Below are positions 45,138 through 64,000 of a DNA stretch of 64,000 bases, in pieces (the stretch's first letter is position 1; each line of letters begins with the position of its first letter). Made by a program: the position numbers and the translations under genes. The stretch is from the human T2T-CHM13v2.0 reference genome, Homo sapiens: NCBI RefSeq assembly GCF_009914755.1, contig NC_060933.1. The stretch is one strand, 5' to 3'. The notes under the pieces were generated by a model, which saw only the letters and a program-made list of their open reading frames with translations, made no database searches and was not told the DNA's origin.

Positions 45138-46075
45138 CTCCCAGAGCAGTGGAAAGACCACTGGAGGGATGAGGAATCATGATGTCAACAGAAGATAAGC
45201 AACGCAACCGCTCCCAAAGTTATGTTTTTGAGGAGTATAAAAGTAGACGCTTTCCTTTCTTCATGCCTTTCTGAATTGGGACCGCAGAGGAATGATGAGC
45301 TTGGAGGCTGCAGACTGCTGGGAACCACTACATGGAAAATGGGGGTAGAGTATCAGAGGACCACGGTGTAGGTCCTCCAGCTGGACATCAAAGTTCTTAC
45401 ACAACTATCTGATCACTGAGAATTAGCTCTTAATGACCAGGTCTTATTGAAGAAATTACCAGTCCTTGCAGAACTTATAGATAATGAGCTAAATTTGCAG
45501 TACTAATTATCAGAAAAAGAAGAGCAGTCTTGCCATGGCAGGCATGGAAGGAGTTCTTTTTTACTTCCTTACTCTCCTTACTGCTCAAACACCTAGTACA
45601 GCTGGTAAGGCCAGAATTATGTAACCCTCAGTATAAAAATGAGAGTATATACCCAGATGAATAAAATCCTTCACCTATAGCAGGAAAAAAGTGTATTTAA
45701 AATTCTCAAATGTAAAGTACGACTATAAAATTTTGATGCAGGTGCCATAAATGACATGGAAATCAGCATCGTTAGTATAGAGCAGGGAATAGCAAACTAT
45801 AGCTTGCAGGCCAAATCTAGCCCATTTTCTGTTTTTCTATGGCCTGTGAGCTAAGAATAGTTTCTCCATTTTAAATGTAAAATTGCAAAATATTAAGGGA
45901 TTTTATGTCTGGAGTCATGGCATGAGAATCTCTATGGATCTGTTCCTCAGCAAAACAACTATAACTGGTGAAAAACATTAACACCAAAATCAAACAAAAA
46001 CATTTAAAGCTGCTGGAAAGTGTCTTAATTGTATACACCAAAATGAAGGAACATTTAACGAAGAACATTTACTAA

Positions 46076-46339
<264 letters not shown>

Positions 46340-47245
46340 TAGGGCAGAGGATCTATCTGTGCCAGGCATAGTAGACCACCTCACCTACAAGGCAGAGATT
46401 TTATGCCACAATAGACAAGCTGAAATAGCAGAGGTTAACATTACTGCCCAGAGCCCTGTTTGTAAACCAGGAGTATTATTCCTGCTTTCAGCTCTGGAGC
46501 ATAGCTCTGAGTTTTGTGTAAGGGAAGAGGTAATACAAAAGAACAGAGAACTCTGAGGCTCTCCCCAAAAGAAACTGATTTTATCTGAAACAGTGTAGGG
46601 AAGTTCAAGCCTAAAGGCATTCTAAAAGACAATGGAGACTTTAGTGGTATGCAGTTAAGAGGAAGCTGCTAGCTCCATGAGAGCATCAAGTAAATCACAG
46701 GACTGCTAGTTTACCAGAGAGAACCAAAAAAAAAATAAAAAAAATAAAAAAAATAAAAAAACCCAGCGAGTCCTCCTGGGATTAAAAGAAACCCCAAAGA
46801 CTGGCCTCAAAATTTGCCCCTGAAAACGGCCCTGAGTTTAACTGGACTGGCTTGGGGGAAAATTTAAGCCCAAGAGCATTGCCAAAAGCAACAGAGCAAT
46901 TTGGTGGAAATTAGTGAAGCCTAATAATGTAACAATGAAAGGATCCATGAAGATTTAACTATTAGAAACATATATGCATCTGACAACAGAGGCCCAAAAT
47001 ACACAAGTCAAAACCTGACATAATTAAACTGAGCAACACACAATTCAATAATAAAGCTAAAGACTTTAATACTTCTCCCTCAATGATGGATAGAACAACC
47101 AGGCAGAAGACCAATAAAGAACATAGAAAATTTGAATAAGTCTATAAAACTAGACATGACAGACATCTATAACACACTACTCAACAATAGAAGGCTACAC
47201 ATTCTTCTCAAGTGCACATTATTCTCCAAACGATACATATAGTAG

Positions 47246-49687
<2,442 letters not shown>

Positions 49688-49944
49688 AAAAGCTTTGCAA
49701 TCATACAAAGTATGTTCTCCAATCACAATAGACAGAAATTAGAAATCAATAACAGAAATAAATTTGGGAAGTTCACCAATATGTGAAAATTAACACACTC
49801 TTGAAAAACCCATGAGCAAAGAAGAAAACAAAGAAAATTAAGGCATACTTTGATATAAATAAATATGAAAACAATATAGTAAAATTCATATGATGCAACT
49901 AAAGCAGTGCTCAGGGATAAATTTATAGCTGAAAATGCCTATAA

Positions 49945-50078
49945 GTCAATTCTTGACTTACAATGACTTAACAATGATTTTTCCATGTTATGATGGGTTT
50001 ATCCAGATGTAATCCCATTGTAAGTTTAGGAGCATCTGGACTTACAATGGTTTGACATGATTTTTGACTGTATGCCAA
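49945..50078. mobile_element. Tigger4/MER46 fragment
   Basis: gatgggtttatccagatgtaatcccattgtaagtttaggagcatctg matches the Tigger4 TIR region. Confidence 0.7.
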
Positions 50079-50084
50079 AGTAGC

Positions 50085-51408
50085 AAGAAGCCTAACGTTA
50101 ATCCCCAAGACCATGAGGAAAATGTAACCTGGGCAAGTCAGAGACCTTCACAGCAGCCCCTCTCATCACAGGCCCAGAGCCCCAGGAGGAAAAAGTGGTT
50201 TTGTGGGCCAAGCCCAGGGTCCCCATGCTGTGTGCAGCCTAGGGACTTGGTGCCCTGTGTCCCAGCCTCTCCAGCTGTGTCTGAAAGGGGCCAGCATACA
50301 GTTTGGGCTGTGGCTTCAGAGGTTGGAAGCCCCAAGCCTTGGTAGCTTCCACGTGGTGTTGAGCTGCGAGTGCAAAGAAGTCAAGAATTGAGGTTTGGGA
50401 ACTTCTGCCTAGATTTCAGAAGATGTATGGAAATGTGTGAATGTCCAGGCAAAACTTTGCTGCAGGAGTGGGGCCCTCATGGAGAATCTCTGCTAGGGCA
50501 GTGCAGAAGGGAAATGTGGGGTTGGAACCCCCACACAGAGTCCCTACAGGGGCACTGCCTAATGGATCTTTGAGAAGAAGGCCGCTGTCCTCCAGGCCCC
50601 AGAATGATAGGTTCACTGACAGCTTGCACCATGCACCTGGAAAAGCCACAGACACTCAACACCAGCCAGCAAAAGCAGCCTGGAGGGAGGCTGTACCCTG
50701 CAAGCCACAGGGGCAGAGCTGCCCAAGACCATGGGAACCCACCTCTTGCATAGGCATGACCTGGATGTGAGACATGGAGTCAAGGGAGATCATTTTGGAG
50801 CTTTAAAATTTGACTGCCCTGCTGGATTTCAGACTTGCATGAGCCTTGTAACCCCTTTGTTTTGGCCAATTTCTCCCCCTTTGGAATGGCTGTATTTACC
50901 CAATACGTGTACCCCCGTTGTATCTACGAAGTAAGTAACTTGCTTTTGATTTTACAGGCTTATAGGCAGAAGGGACTTGCCTTGTCTCAGATGAGACTTT
51001 GGACTGTGAACTTTCAAGTTAATGCTGAAATGAGTTAAGACTTTGGGGGACTGTTAGGAAGGCACGACTGGTTTTGAAATGTGAGGACAGGAGGTTTGGA
51101 GGGGTCGGGGGGGGAATGATATGGCTTGGCTGTGTCCCCATTCAAATCTCAACTTGAATTTTATCTCCCAGAATTCCCACATGTTGAGGGAGGGACACAG
51201 CGGGAGGTAACTGAATCATGGGGGCCAGTCTTTCCCTTGCTATTCTCATGATTGTGACTAAGTCTCACAAGATCTCATAGGTTTATCAGGGCTTTCTGCT
51301 TTTGCTTCCTCTTCATTTTCTCTTGCCACTATGTAAAAAGTGCCTCTCACCTCCTGCCATGATTCTGAGGCCTCCCAACCATGTGGAACTGTAAAACGGA
51401 CTAGTACA
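50085..51408 (+). mobile_element. THE1A-int 3' part plus 3' THE1A LTR (51117-51408); 5' LTR missing
   Basis: MaLR-int peptide remnants (PRRKKWFCGPSPGSPCCVQPRDLVPC), a polypurine tract, then tgatatgg...caaatctcaacttgaatt...ggactagtaca. Confidence 0.9.
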
Positions 51409-51507
51409 CTGGCCAAACACAAAATATAGAAGGCTCAAATTACCAAAATGAGGAATAAAAGAGGGCACATAACTATCATACTTAAGATATAAAAGTAATT
51501 ATAAGGT

Positions 51508-51839
<332 letters not shown>

Positions 51840-52714
51840 TTAGATCAGTTAGTTGAAATGGATAAATTCCTAAGAAGACACAACTACCAAAACTGAGCTC
51901 AAGAAGCATTAGAAAATTGTAATAGATGTCTAACAAATAGAGAGATTGAGCCAGTAAACAAATAAACAAAAAAATCACAAAAGAAAGCTCAGGGACAGAT
52001 AAATTCACCAGGGAATTCTAACAACTATTTAAAGAAAAATTAACACCAATACTTCACAAATTCTTCTAAAAAATAAAAGAAGAGGGAATATTTTCCAACT
52101 CATTCTTTGTAACCAGTATTATCCTAATACCAAAACCAGATAAAGACATCACAAGAAATGGAATCTACAGACCAATATCCTTGTGAACACAAACACAAAA
52201 CTCCTCAAGAAAATACTAGCAAACAAATTTAGCTGAAAATGAAGTGATTATACACCATGACCAAGTGGGATCTATCACCAAATGCAAGGCTGCTTCAACA
52301 TATGAAAATCAATCAATGTAATTCACCATATTCATAGAAGAACAAAGACCACTTTATAACCTAAATAGATGCAGAAAAAGCATCTTCCTCAACCTGATAA
52401 AGGGCCACTAACCCACAGCTAACATCATAATTATAATGAAAAAACAAAACCAATTCACATAAGTTTAATAACAAGACAGGGATGTCCCCTGTCACCACTT
52501 CTCTTGAACTTTGTACTAAAGATTTTAAACAAACTAATTCAACAAGTGAAAGAAATAGAAGTCATCCAGATTGAAAAGTAATAAGTAAAACTATATTAAC
52601 AGATATCGTATTGCATATACAAAATCCTAGGAATGCACTAAAAGTATTAGAAGTAATAAACAAGTTCACTAAGGTTGCAGGATACAAGATCAATGTACAA
52701 AATTAAATTGTAAT

Positions 52715-53290
52715 TCTTTTTTTAAGTATTTTGCTTATTTTGAGGAGTAAAGATTATATATATGGTGTTTAACGTGTTTAGTCGTATGTATACATTGTGT
52801 AATGGCTAAATCAAGCTACTTAATGTATGCATTGCCTCACTTACTTGTCATTTTTTGTGATAAGAATACTTCAAATATATTCTTTTAGCAATTTTCTTTT
52901 AGCAATTTTCAAGTATGTAATATATCGGTATTAACTGTACCTGACATACAGTAGATCTCTTGAACTTATTTCTCATGTTCAACAGAAATTTTGTGTCATT
53001 TGGTCAACATTTCCTCAATTTCCCCACCCCCTTCTGATAACCACCATTTTACTCTGCTTCCATGAGTTCAACTGTCTTATACTCCAAATATGAGATCATG
53101 TGGTATCTGTGTCTGGCTTATTTCTCTTAACATAATGTCCTTCAGATTCATTCATGTTGCCACAAAAGAAAAATATTTCCCTCCTTTTAAAGGTGGAATG
53201 GTATTCCATTTTCTATAAATATACCACATTTTCTTTATTCATCCATTGATGGACACAGATTGATTCCACATCTTAACTATTTCCAACTAT
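52715..53290 (-). mobile_element. L1MA-type 3' end inserted antisense in the L1MB
   Basis: gtatacattgtgtaatggctaaatcaagcta...tagatctcttgaacttatt. Confidence 0.8.
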
Positions 53291-55843
53291 ATTCCCAGTA
53301 TATTTCTATATACTACAATGAACAACTCAAAAATTAAATTAATAAAACAAATAATTTCATTTACAAAGCATCAAAAAGAATAAAAACTAAGGAATAATAT
53401 TAACCAAAAAAGTCAAAAGTTAAATTCTGAAAACAACATAATATTGTTGAAAGAAATTAAAGAAGACCTAAATAAAAGGTATTTTATTTCATGGACCAGA
53501 ATATTTAACATTGTTAAGATGACAATGCTCCCAAAATTGATCGATAGATTAAATGCAATCTCTATCAGAATTCTAGCTGGCTTTTTTGCAGTAATTACTA
53601 AGTTGCTTCCAAAATGCACGTGGAAACTAGAGGGACCCATAATAACCAAAACAAAATGATCTTAAAACAGAAGAACAAAGTTGAAGGACTCACACTTCTC
53701 AATTTCAAAGCTTACTACATAGCTACACTAGTCTATGCAGTGCTAGCATAAGGATAGATAAACAGATTAATTGAATGAGGGATTCCAAAGATAAATCCAT
53801 GTACATATATGGTCAACTGACTTTGACAAGGGTGCCAAATAATTCCATGGGGAAATAAGCCTTTTTGACAAATGGTACTGGGACAGATATCCACATGGAA
53901 AATAATAAAGTCAGGTGCTTATCTCACATCATACACAAAAATTAACTTAATGGATTCTAGATCCAAATATAAGAACTAAGATTATAAAATGCTCAGAGGA
54001 AAAGAGAGACATCATCTTCATGACCTTGGATTAGGCAACAGTTTCTCACATAGGACACCTAAAACCCAAGTAATAAAAGAAAAAACAGATAAATTGAACT
54101 TCATCAAAATTAAAACTTTTGTACTTCAAAGGAAGAAAGGATAAATGAGAAGATAAAATGAGAGAAAAGATTTGCAAATCATATATCTAATAAGTGGCTT
54201 GCATTAAAAAAAATATAAGAAACTCCAACAACTCAAAAATAAAAAGACAAATACCCAATTTAAAATATCAAAGGATCCGGCTAGAAATTTCTCCAAAGAA
54301 GATATTCAAAAGGCCAATAATCCCATGAAAAGATGCTCAACACCATTAGTCATTAGTAGAATGATAATCAAAACCAAGTGATACCACTTGATTTGTGTTG
54401 GGATGGCTGTAATTAAAAAAAAAAGATGGAGAATAACAAGTGTTAGCAAGGATTTAGAGAAAGGGGAAATTTCATACACTACTGGTATGAATGTAAAATG
54501 GTACAGCCACTTTGGAAAATGGTCTGGCCATTCATCCAAATTTAAACAAGGAATAACTATGGGATCCAGCAATTCTACTCCTAGGTATATATCCAAGAGA
54601 ATTGAGAATGCATGTCCACACAAACACACACAAAAAAACTTGTATACTAATATTAACAGCAGCATTATTCATAATAGCCAAAAAGTAGAAGCAACTCAAA
54701 TGCCTGTTGGTTAATAAATAGGTAAATAAAATGTGGTATATCCATACAATGGAATATTACTTGGCAATAAAAAAAAGCAATTACGGACACACATTATAAC
54801 ACAGAGAAAGCTTGAATACATTATGTTAAGTGAAAGAAACCAGCTACAAAAGATCATGTATTATATGATTCTATTTATATAAAACATCCAGGATAGGAAA
54901 ATATATGGAGACATAAAATAGATTAGTGGTTACCTAAGACTAGGGGGTTTTGAGTAAAAATTGGTTGTGACTGCTATTAGGTACAAGGTTATTTTGGGGG
55001 TGATGAAAATGTTTGCACAACTCTGTGCAAACATCACCACAATAAATTTTAGAACAACCGTTGCATTTCACACTTTAAGTTGGAGAACTGTATAGCATGT
55101 GAATTATGTCTGAATAAAGCTATTATTTAAAAAAAAAAAAAGATGATTAGCTTTTGGTGAGAAAAGTTGCTCCAACTGTTGAGGGCACTGCCTCTTGCAT
55201 TGCAAGGTCTAAAATAATTACTCTCCACCCCTTTATGGAAAAAGTTTTCCCATCCCACTATAGAGTCCCACCTCATGTGGGAAAGTAATATGGTTCATGT
55301 AAATAGAGAATGAGAGTGTGTATTATAATATTATTGGGGTCTTAGAACATTTTTAAAGCAAAAAATGGTAAAGAAACACTTGACAGGTAAAATTATTAGC
55401 ACAGCCTTTTCAGATGATGTTAGACTTGAGACAGAGTTCTAAAAATACATATTTAAGAAGAAAAGATTACATTTTACTCTCCTTGGTACTTTATTTATTC
55501 CTTAAAGTCATCCTAAATGGGCATGTCCATGTTTTCCTGAGAATTTGTATGAATTCTAATTTTTATTCACTGAGATTTGCAGGAGGGTATAGAAGAGAAA
55601 GAAGGACACTAATCAGACATTTAGAAGCAACAATCGGTATTTTTTGCTTCAAGGAAGAGAGAGTGTGCTAGGAGCAATGGTTGATCTTGAGTGGAAGGTG
55701 AAGTTAACCACCTATCGCCTTTTAGTTGTTAGAATATGTCCCATTAATTTGAACTTGGCTCTCCCTCTTTTTCAATGACTCTTTGGATATCATCAAATGA
55801 AAGTGCTGTTCATTTTTCATAAAGAGGATCAGCCAAGTGTTTC

Positions 55844-56106
55844 TGTTGTTGTCGTTGTTGTTGTTTTTGAGACAGAGTCTCGCTCTGTCGCCCAGACTGG
55901 CGTGCAGTGGCATGATCTCAGCTCACTGCAACCTCTGCCTCCTAGGTTCTAAGCGATTCTCCTGCCTCAGCCTCCAGAGTAGCTGGGATTACAGGCACAC
56001 ACCACCATGCCCGGCTAATTTTGTATTTTTAATAGAGACAGGGTTTCACCATGTTGGCCAGGCTGGTCTTGAACTTCTGACCTCAGGCGATTCACCCACC
56101 CAGCCC
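55844..56106 (-). mobile_element. AluS with (TTG)n tail and a left-monomer internal deletion
   Basis: Alu body; tcacccacccagcc joins Alu position ~50 to ~8. Confidence 0.92.
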
Positions 56107-57212
56107 AAGCAAGTATTTTATTTTGCATAGCTCTAGCTTTCAGTTATAGGTCTCTCTGCATAACGGAGGAGTTGCTGGGGCCATCAGAATTTGTCATCTA
56201 CTAATGGTCTCATCACAGTTATACCTCTGGGTTTAGAGCTGGGGCTGGGATCTTGGGAAAAGGAAAGGGAGAAACTGAGGCCATTCTCACGCAAGTCCAA
56301 ATTTAGAAGGCCTCTATGGCCAACATCAAATGCCAGATTATAAGAGAGGACACCTTATTTGAATCTGTATAAAATCTCAAATTCTTAAAAGTCATGATGT
56401 CTAAAAGAAGAAAAATACAAAGGCATAGTAATAATTATATTTTTAAGGTCATGCCACCAGCCATGTCACCAGCCAAATGAAGAACTGGAAATAGTTTCAG
56501 ACATCTGCCCAACTAGACCAATTATAATATCCCTTTTATTTACCTCGAAAAAAAAATCTGTGATGAATAGAGAAAGCGGTACAAGCATGGAAACAAGCAT
56601 CCGAGGTTAAGAAGAAAAGACACATACAAGGTAAAAGCCCTTCCCAGTGCATCTGTGACAAAAGACATCTGTGCAACTTGGTCTACAAAGTGGCTGTGAT
56701 AATTCAGAGAAATTATTTAGCACTCAGGAAAACATTGCCACCGAATGATGGAGGGGTCTGGCAGAGAAATTGTCAAAAGACTGGCATCAATCACAGTTAA
56801 GTGTGGTGTCTCCACTGATTACGTGTACCCTGCAGCGAGCCTGCCAAAACAGATCTCTCATACTGCAATGACACGTTGATAGGTGAATGTGAGAATGACT
56901 GATGGGGCGGCCTGCCCACATGTGGGACTAGAAGGAGTGAATTGCCATTGCTGAGTGCTTAAATGCAGAGTAATTCTTTGTGATCCAGGAACCAATTCCT
57001 TGAAGCTAAATGTACACAAGGAGAAAGAGAAGACGTCCTGTGGCCTGGCTTTCCATGTGAGCTTATCTTCATTATTTGCCAGGGAAACCAAAGGTTTGGA
57101 TGGCCCAAGATTTGTCTAAAGTATCCTAAGAATCTACAAAAACAAAGAACAAAACAAAACAAAAAAAACTCTTAGAATTTTTCTGATTCAAACCCATAAA
57201 ATGTTTATTATG

Positions 57213-57353
57213 TTTTCTTTTTTTATTATTATACTTTAAGTTTTAGGGTACATGTGCACAATGTGCAGGTTTGTTACATATGTATACATGTGCCACATTG
57301 GTGTGCTGCACCCACTAACTCATCATTTAACATTAGGTATATCTCCTAATGCT
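57213..57353 (-). mobile_element. Very short L1PA4-like 3' end (~140 bp)
   Basis: atactttaagttttagggtacatgtgcac...tatatctcctaatgct. Confidence 0.92.
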
Positions 57354-57908
57354 TTATACTTTTTAATGAACGTAAGAATGATAGCAACTACCACATTTTG
57401 ACAATCATTTCTGTGCTATATACATTATATATTAATTCAAACCTAACACCCACCTTACTAGTTAAATATTAATAAGCCCATTGTATAGCTGTGGCAAACG
57501 AAGTCCACAGAAATTATGTTATTGGACTGAGGCCACCCAGCCTGTAAGTAATACTCTGTCCCTTGAATTCAGAAATGCCTGACTCCGATGACAGTTCTCT
57601 GCCCACTTTGTCACACTACCGTTTCTCAAAAAACTGCTTATAATATTCTCTACACTGGGTCTCTTAAGAGATTACATAAGCAGTGATGCCTCAGTTTTGA
57701 AGTCATTGTTTTGAACAATTAAGCTTCCCATAGGTGTGAAAACTCAAATAATAGTTCTCTTGTTCACCAGCAACCTCAGTCTCTTTAGAATTCACTTCGT
57801 GAGGTTAAACCTAATTAGGCCTGTTCATGTCCTACATTAGGCAGAAGAGCAAGCAAGCAATAGCTCATATAACTATTAATTGTTTATCAGATTTACCGTG
57901 GTCTAAAT

Positions 57909-58202
57909 CAGTGCTGTCTAACAAAAATAGAATGCAAGTCACAAGTGTTAGTCATACAATATCATTTTAATTATTCTAGAATTTTTTTAAATAAAACACA
58001 TAGAATTTATTTTAATTACATATTTAATTTAACCAAATATACTCAAAGGTTATTTCAAAATGTAGTCAATATAGAAAGACATTGTTCACTTTTTTTTATT
58101 ATGTCTTTGAAGTCTCATAAGCAGAACATTTCAATTTGTACTGGCTACATTTCAAGTGGTTAATAGCCACATGTGGCCAATGGCTACCAGTGGACAGCAT
58201 AG
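57909..58202. mobile_element. MER33 (hAT-Charlie)
   Basis: cagtgctgtctaaca...taatagccacatgtggcca...ggacagca. Confidence 0.8.
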
Positions 58203-59047
58203 TCTTGATAGTTCTTGGCTTAACTGACCCAACTCCCTATATTCAGACCATACCTCTACTTTATCTAGAGATCCATTTATCTATCAACTGATTGATTTAT
58301 TGATACATCTTCTCAAAGAATTTGAGAAGAGCTGGCACTTCTCTAAATATCCTCTGTCTTACCTATCTGTTCTTAGGCTCTGGTTAACTTCAAACTCCTA
58401 AAACCCTGACTTTGATGTAAAGTCAGAACCTCTTCCTCTTCTTCTGAGTTTAGCTGCCTGGCTACCACCCTGAAGATTCTGCCTGACCCTAAGAAAACTG
58501 TTAGCTTTCTTTTCACTTAATTGTACTTTTTTTGTAATATGCACAAATCGTAAGTGGGAGGCTCAATGCACTCTCACAAAGTGAGCTTACCTAAGCAACT
58601 AGTACCCAGATCAAGAAATCTTGCCAGCACTCTGAAAACTCTCTTGCATGCTCTTCAGTCATTGCCACCTCCAAGGAAACCACCATCCTAACTTTTAACA
58701 CTGCAGATTCATTTTGTCTGCTTTAATATTACATAAGTGGACTCTTTTAGGGTTTACTCTTCTTTCAGTTACATTATACATGTGAGATTCATCCATGTTG
58801 TATGTAGTTATAGTGTTTTCATTCTTATTGTTGCAAAATATCCTATTGTATGACCATACATACATACAACAGCTTGTTCGTCTATTCTACTGTTGATGTA
58901 TATTTGAGTTGTTCTAGTTTCTATAATAAGTCATGCTGCTATAAAGATTTTTTAACATGCCTTTGGTAGGAAAAAAAATGCCCACATTTGTGTATGTGTG
59001 TGTTTGTGTGTATGTGCACAATGGCTGGATCATCATATAAGGTGCTT

Positions 59048-59822
59048 GTCTTAGGCAGAATAATTGTCCTCCACACATAGCAGGTCCTAATTTCCAGAGC
59101 CTGTAAATTTCACCTTATGAGAAAGAAGGATCTTTGCAGATATGATTAAATTAAGGGTTTGGATGTAGAGATTACTCTTCAGGTCCTAAATGCAATCACA
59201 TGTATCCTTACAAGACAGAAGCCGGATGGGGACTTTACATATGCAGCGGAGATGAGAAGGAGTTTTGAAGAGGAAGCAGAGACTGGCATGATGTGGCCAC
59301 AGGCAAAGAATGCCAGCAGCCACTAGAAGCTGGAGGAGGCAAGAGAATTCTCCCCTATAGCCTCTGGAGGAAGCCTGGCTCTGCCAACACTAGTTTTGGA
59401 CCAATGGTACTGATTCCAGGCTTCTGGGATTCAGAACTACAAGAGAATAAATTTCTGCTGTTTTAAACCACCCAGGCCGGCCTCGGTGGCTCATGCCTCT
59501 CATCCCAGTATTTTGGGAGGCCCAAGGCAGGCGGACCACGAGGTCAGGAGATCGAGATCATCCTGGCCAACATGGTGAAACCCCGTCTCTACTAAAATAC
59601 AAAAAATTAGCCAGGCGTGGTGGCCTGCACCTGTAGTCCTAGCTACTTGGGAGGTTGAGGCAGGGGAATCGCTTGAACCCAGAGGCGGAGGTTGCAGCGA
59701 GTCAAGATCATGCTACTGCACTCCAGCCTGGCGACAGAGTGAGACTCTGTCTCTAAATAAATACATAAACAAACCAACCAACCACCCAATTTGTGGTAAT
59801 TTGTTGCAGGACACTAATGCAG
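59048..59822 (+). mobile_element. MLT1C/D LTR inside an L1ME fragment (58510-59040), interrupted by an Alu
   Basis: ctttgcagatatgattaaattaagg...cactagaagctggaggaggcaag...gagaataaatttctgctgttttaa. Confidence 0.85.
59475..59780 (+). mobile_element. AluSc-like
   Basis: cacgaggtcaggagatcgag...atcctggccaacatgg and ctggcgacagag diagnostics; (TAAA)/(AACC) tail. Confidence 0.93.
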
Positions 59823-59966
59823 TGTTAAGTACTTTTCCCAATTGACAGTTATCTGTTTAAGAGAAAAAAAAAAAACTTAGTTATCTAATTGCCAACAATA
59901 TAAAAATGCAAAATATTAATATATAATATACACTCTAAAGAGGAAAGTTAAAAAGGAAACAATCTT

Positions 59967-60125
59967 GGCCAGGCATGGTGGTATGTGCCCACCTACTTGA
60001 GAGGCTGAGGCAGAAGGATCACCTGAGCTCACGAGTTCAAGGTTACAATGAGCTATGATTTTACTCTTGCACTCCAGCCTGGGTAACAGAGTGAGACCCT
60101 GTCTCAAAAAAAGAAAAGAGAGAGT
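59967..60125 (+). mobile_element. Free right Alu monomer (FRAM or truncated AluJ)
   Basis: Single monomer with J-type gagctatgat...gagaccctgtctc; TSD-like aggaaacaatct / agaaactatct. Confidence 0.85.
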
Positions 60126-60344
60126 AAGAAACTATCTACAGAGTAAAATTATTTACCTTGGTCACTATCCGTGACTCTTCTCAACTACTATTTCACCAAC
60201 TGGCTTTATCCCCAGAGTTCACTGTGATGCTGCCCAGAACCTTACTATTTCCTTTAAATTTGGGAGAAGAGAAGCCTAGGTGACTGGTAATTTGCCCCAA
60301 TACTTTCTATTCTATAACAGACTCTCTGTTTTTGAGTGGAAAGT

Positions 60345-61190
60345 TTTATTAGTTGGGGTAAAATATATGAAACATAAGTTTACCATTTTAACCATCTTAA
60401 GTATATAGTTTAGTGACATTAAGCGTATTTACAATTTTGTGCAATCATCACTACTGTCCATTTCCAGAACATTGTCATCATCTCAAACAGAAACTCCATA
60501 CCTCTGCATTTCTGTCTTCCACCAACCCCTGGTAACCTCTCTCGTACTTTCTGTCTCTATGAATTGGTTTATTCTAGGTATCTCATTTAAGCAAAATCAT
60601 ACAATATTTGTTTTTTGTGTCTGGCTTATTTTATATACTATAATATTTTCAATTCATGTTGTAGTGTGTATCTAAATTCCCTTCCTTTTTAAGTCTGAAT
60701 AATATTATATGTGTATACCAAATGTATTTATATATTCATATGTTAATGGGCATTTGGGCTGTTCTCACCTTTTGGCTATTGTGCATATATGTTGGTGTAC
60801 AAGTATCTACTTGAGTCCCTGCTTCCAATTATTTGGGGTATATGCCTAGAAGTGGAATTACTGGGTCATATGGTAATTCTATGTTTAACTTTTTCAGGCA
60901 CCTCTGTGCTGTTTTCCACAGTGGCAGCACCATTTTGCATTTCCAGGAACAATGCGTGGGGATTGCAATTTCTCCACATCCTCACTAATGCTTCTTATTT
61001 CCTGGTGCTTTGATAATAGCCGTCCTAATGGGTGTGAGGTGGTAACTCATTGTGTGATTGGCATTTCCTTAGTGATTAGAGATATAGAGCATCTTTTCAT
61101 GTGCTCATTGGCCATTTGAAAAATGTCTATTCAACTCCTTTGCCCATTTTTGTATTAGGTTGTTGTTTGTTCTTATTGTTGTTGCTGAGC
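60345..61190 (-). mobile_element. L1MB-type 3' portion
   Basis: tttaccattttaaccatcttaagt...cctagaagtggaatt...gagcatcttttcatgtgc. Confidence 0.8.
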
Positions 61191-61761
61191 GGAATATCTT
61201 TTTCTAAGTGGAAAGTAAGTTAGACTAAAAATCCAAAAATAACCATATATAATAGTCAATTAGTGTCATTTACTGCCCTTTTATTTTACATATGAAAAAT
61301 CTTGAAGGGAGGCTTGAAGGAGATGAGTGACAAAAGGATAGCACCAAGTGACTCCAAGTGGCATGGATAGCAAGTATTTCCTAAGCCCTTTGAACAGCCT
61401 GGTCTTTATGTTTAATAACCCATGGAAAAAAACAGCAGTTCTTCGTGTATCCTCTCCTCTCTACTTTGACTGAAAGACCACCTAATGCCAAAACTTGAGA
61501 TAAATATAAACAAATGATAGGGCTTCCACTCATAGAACACCCTGGCTGTATACCCTACCTCTGGTTCTGAATCAGTTAAAAAAAAACTAGGCCAATATTC
61601 ATAGACCTCTTTCTGGTTCTGAAAAGTACTCTTTCCCCATTTTTCCTTCCCAATCTCCATGGTCCAATAACAAGGCAGATATTAGAAATCCCAGAAAGCA
61701 AATGATAAGAAGCCAGATGGAAATTAATGATAATACAAATATTCTAAGAATTATTGTAGTT

Positions 61762-64000
<2,239 letters not shown>

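Overview
Repeat-rich, gene-poor simian DNA, most likely human or great ape because it carries an L1PA3-type full-length LINE-1. I find no intact host protein-coding gene; the long ORFs in the track are LINE-1 ORF1/ORF2 fragments, and the short ones are Alu, MaLR or microsatellite read-throughs or chance ORFs. The one clear gene-derived feature is a processed OTX2 pseudogene (~26.0-27.4 kb, minus strand). It carries an Alu, a MADE1 hairpin and a large internal deletion, which fits my recollection of OTX2P1. The rest is layered transposon debris: a dead full-length L1PA3 (3.6-9.8 kb), two L1PA4/5 copies, a 9-kb old L1MB nest inside a MER58, several LTRs, Alus, MIR/L2 and DNA transposons. The main leads are: (1) an unidentified 1.27-kb polyadenylated retrocopy inside a solo ERV1 LTR, just downstream of the L1 antisense promoter; (2) non-consensus alleles shared by three L1 copies of different subfamilies (gene conversion, a sub-lineage or an assembly artefact); (3) the architecture of the OTX2 retrocopy; (4) several template-switch micro-rearrangements. 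The sequence alone does not support a new biological system. Repeat subfamily names come from memory of consensus sequences and need RepeatMasker/Dfam confirmation. Boundaries of old repeats are approximate.
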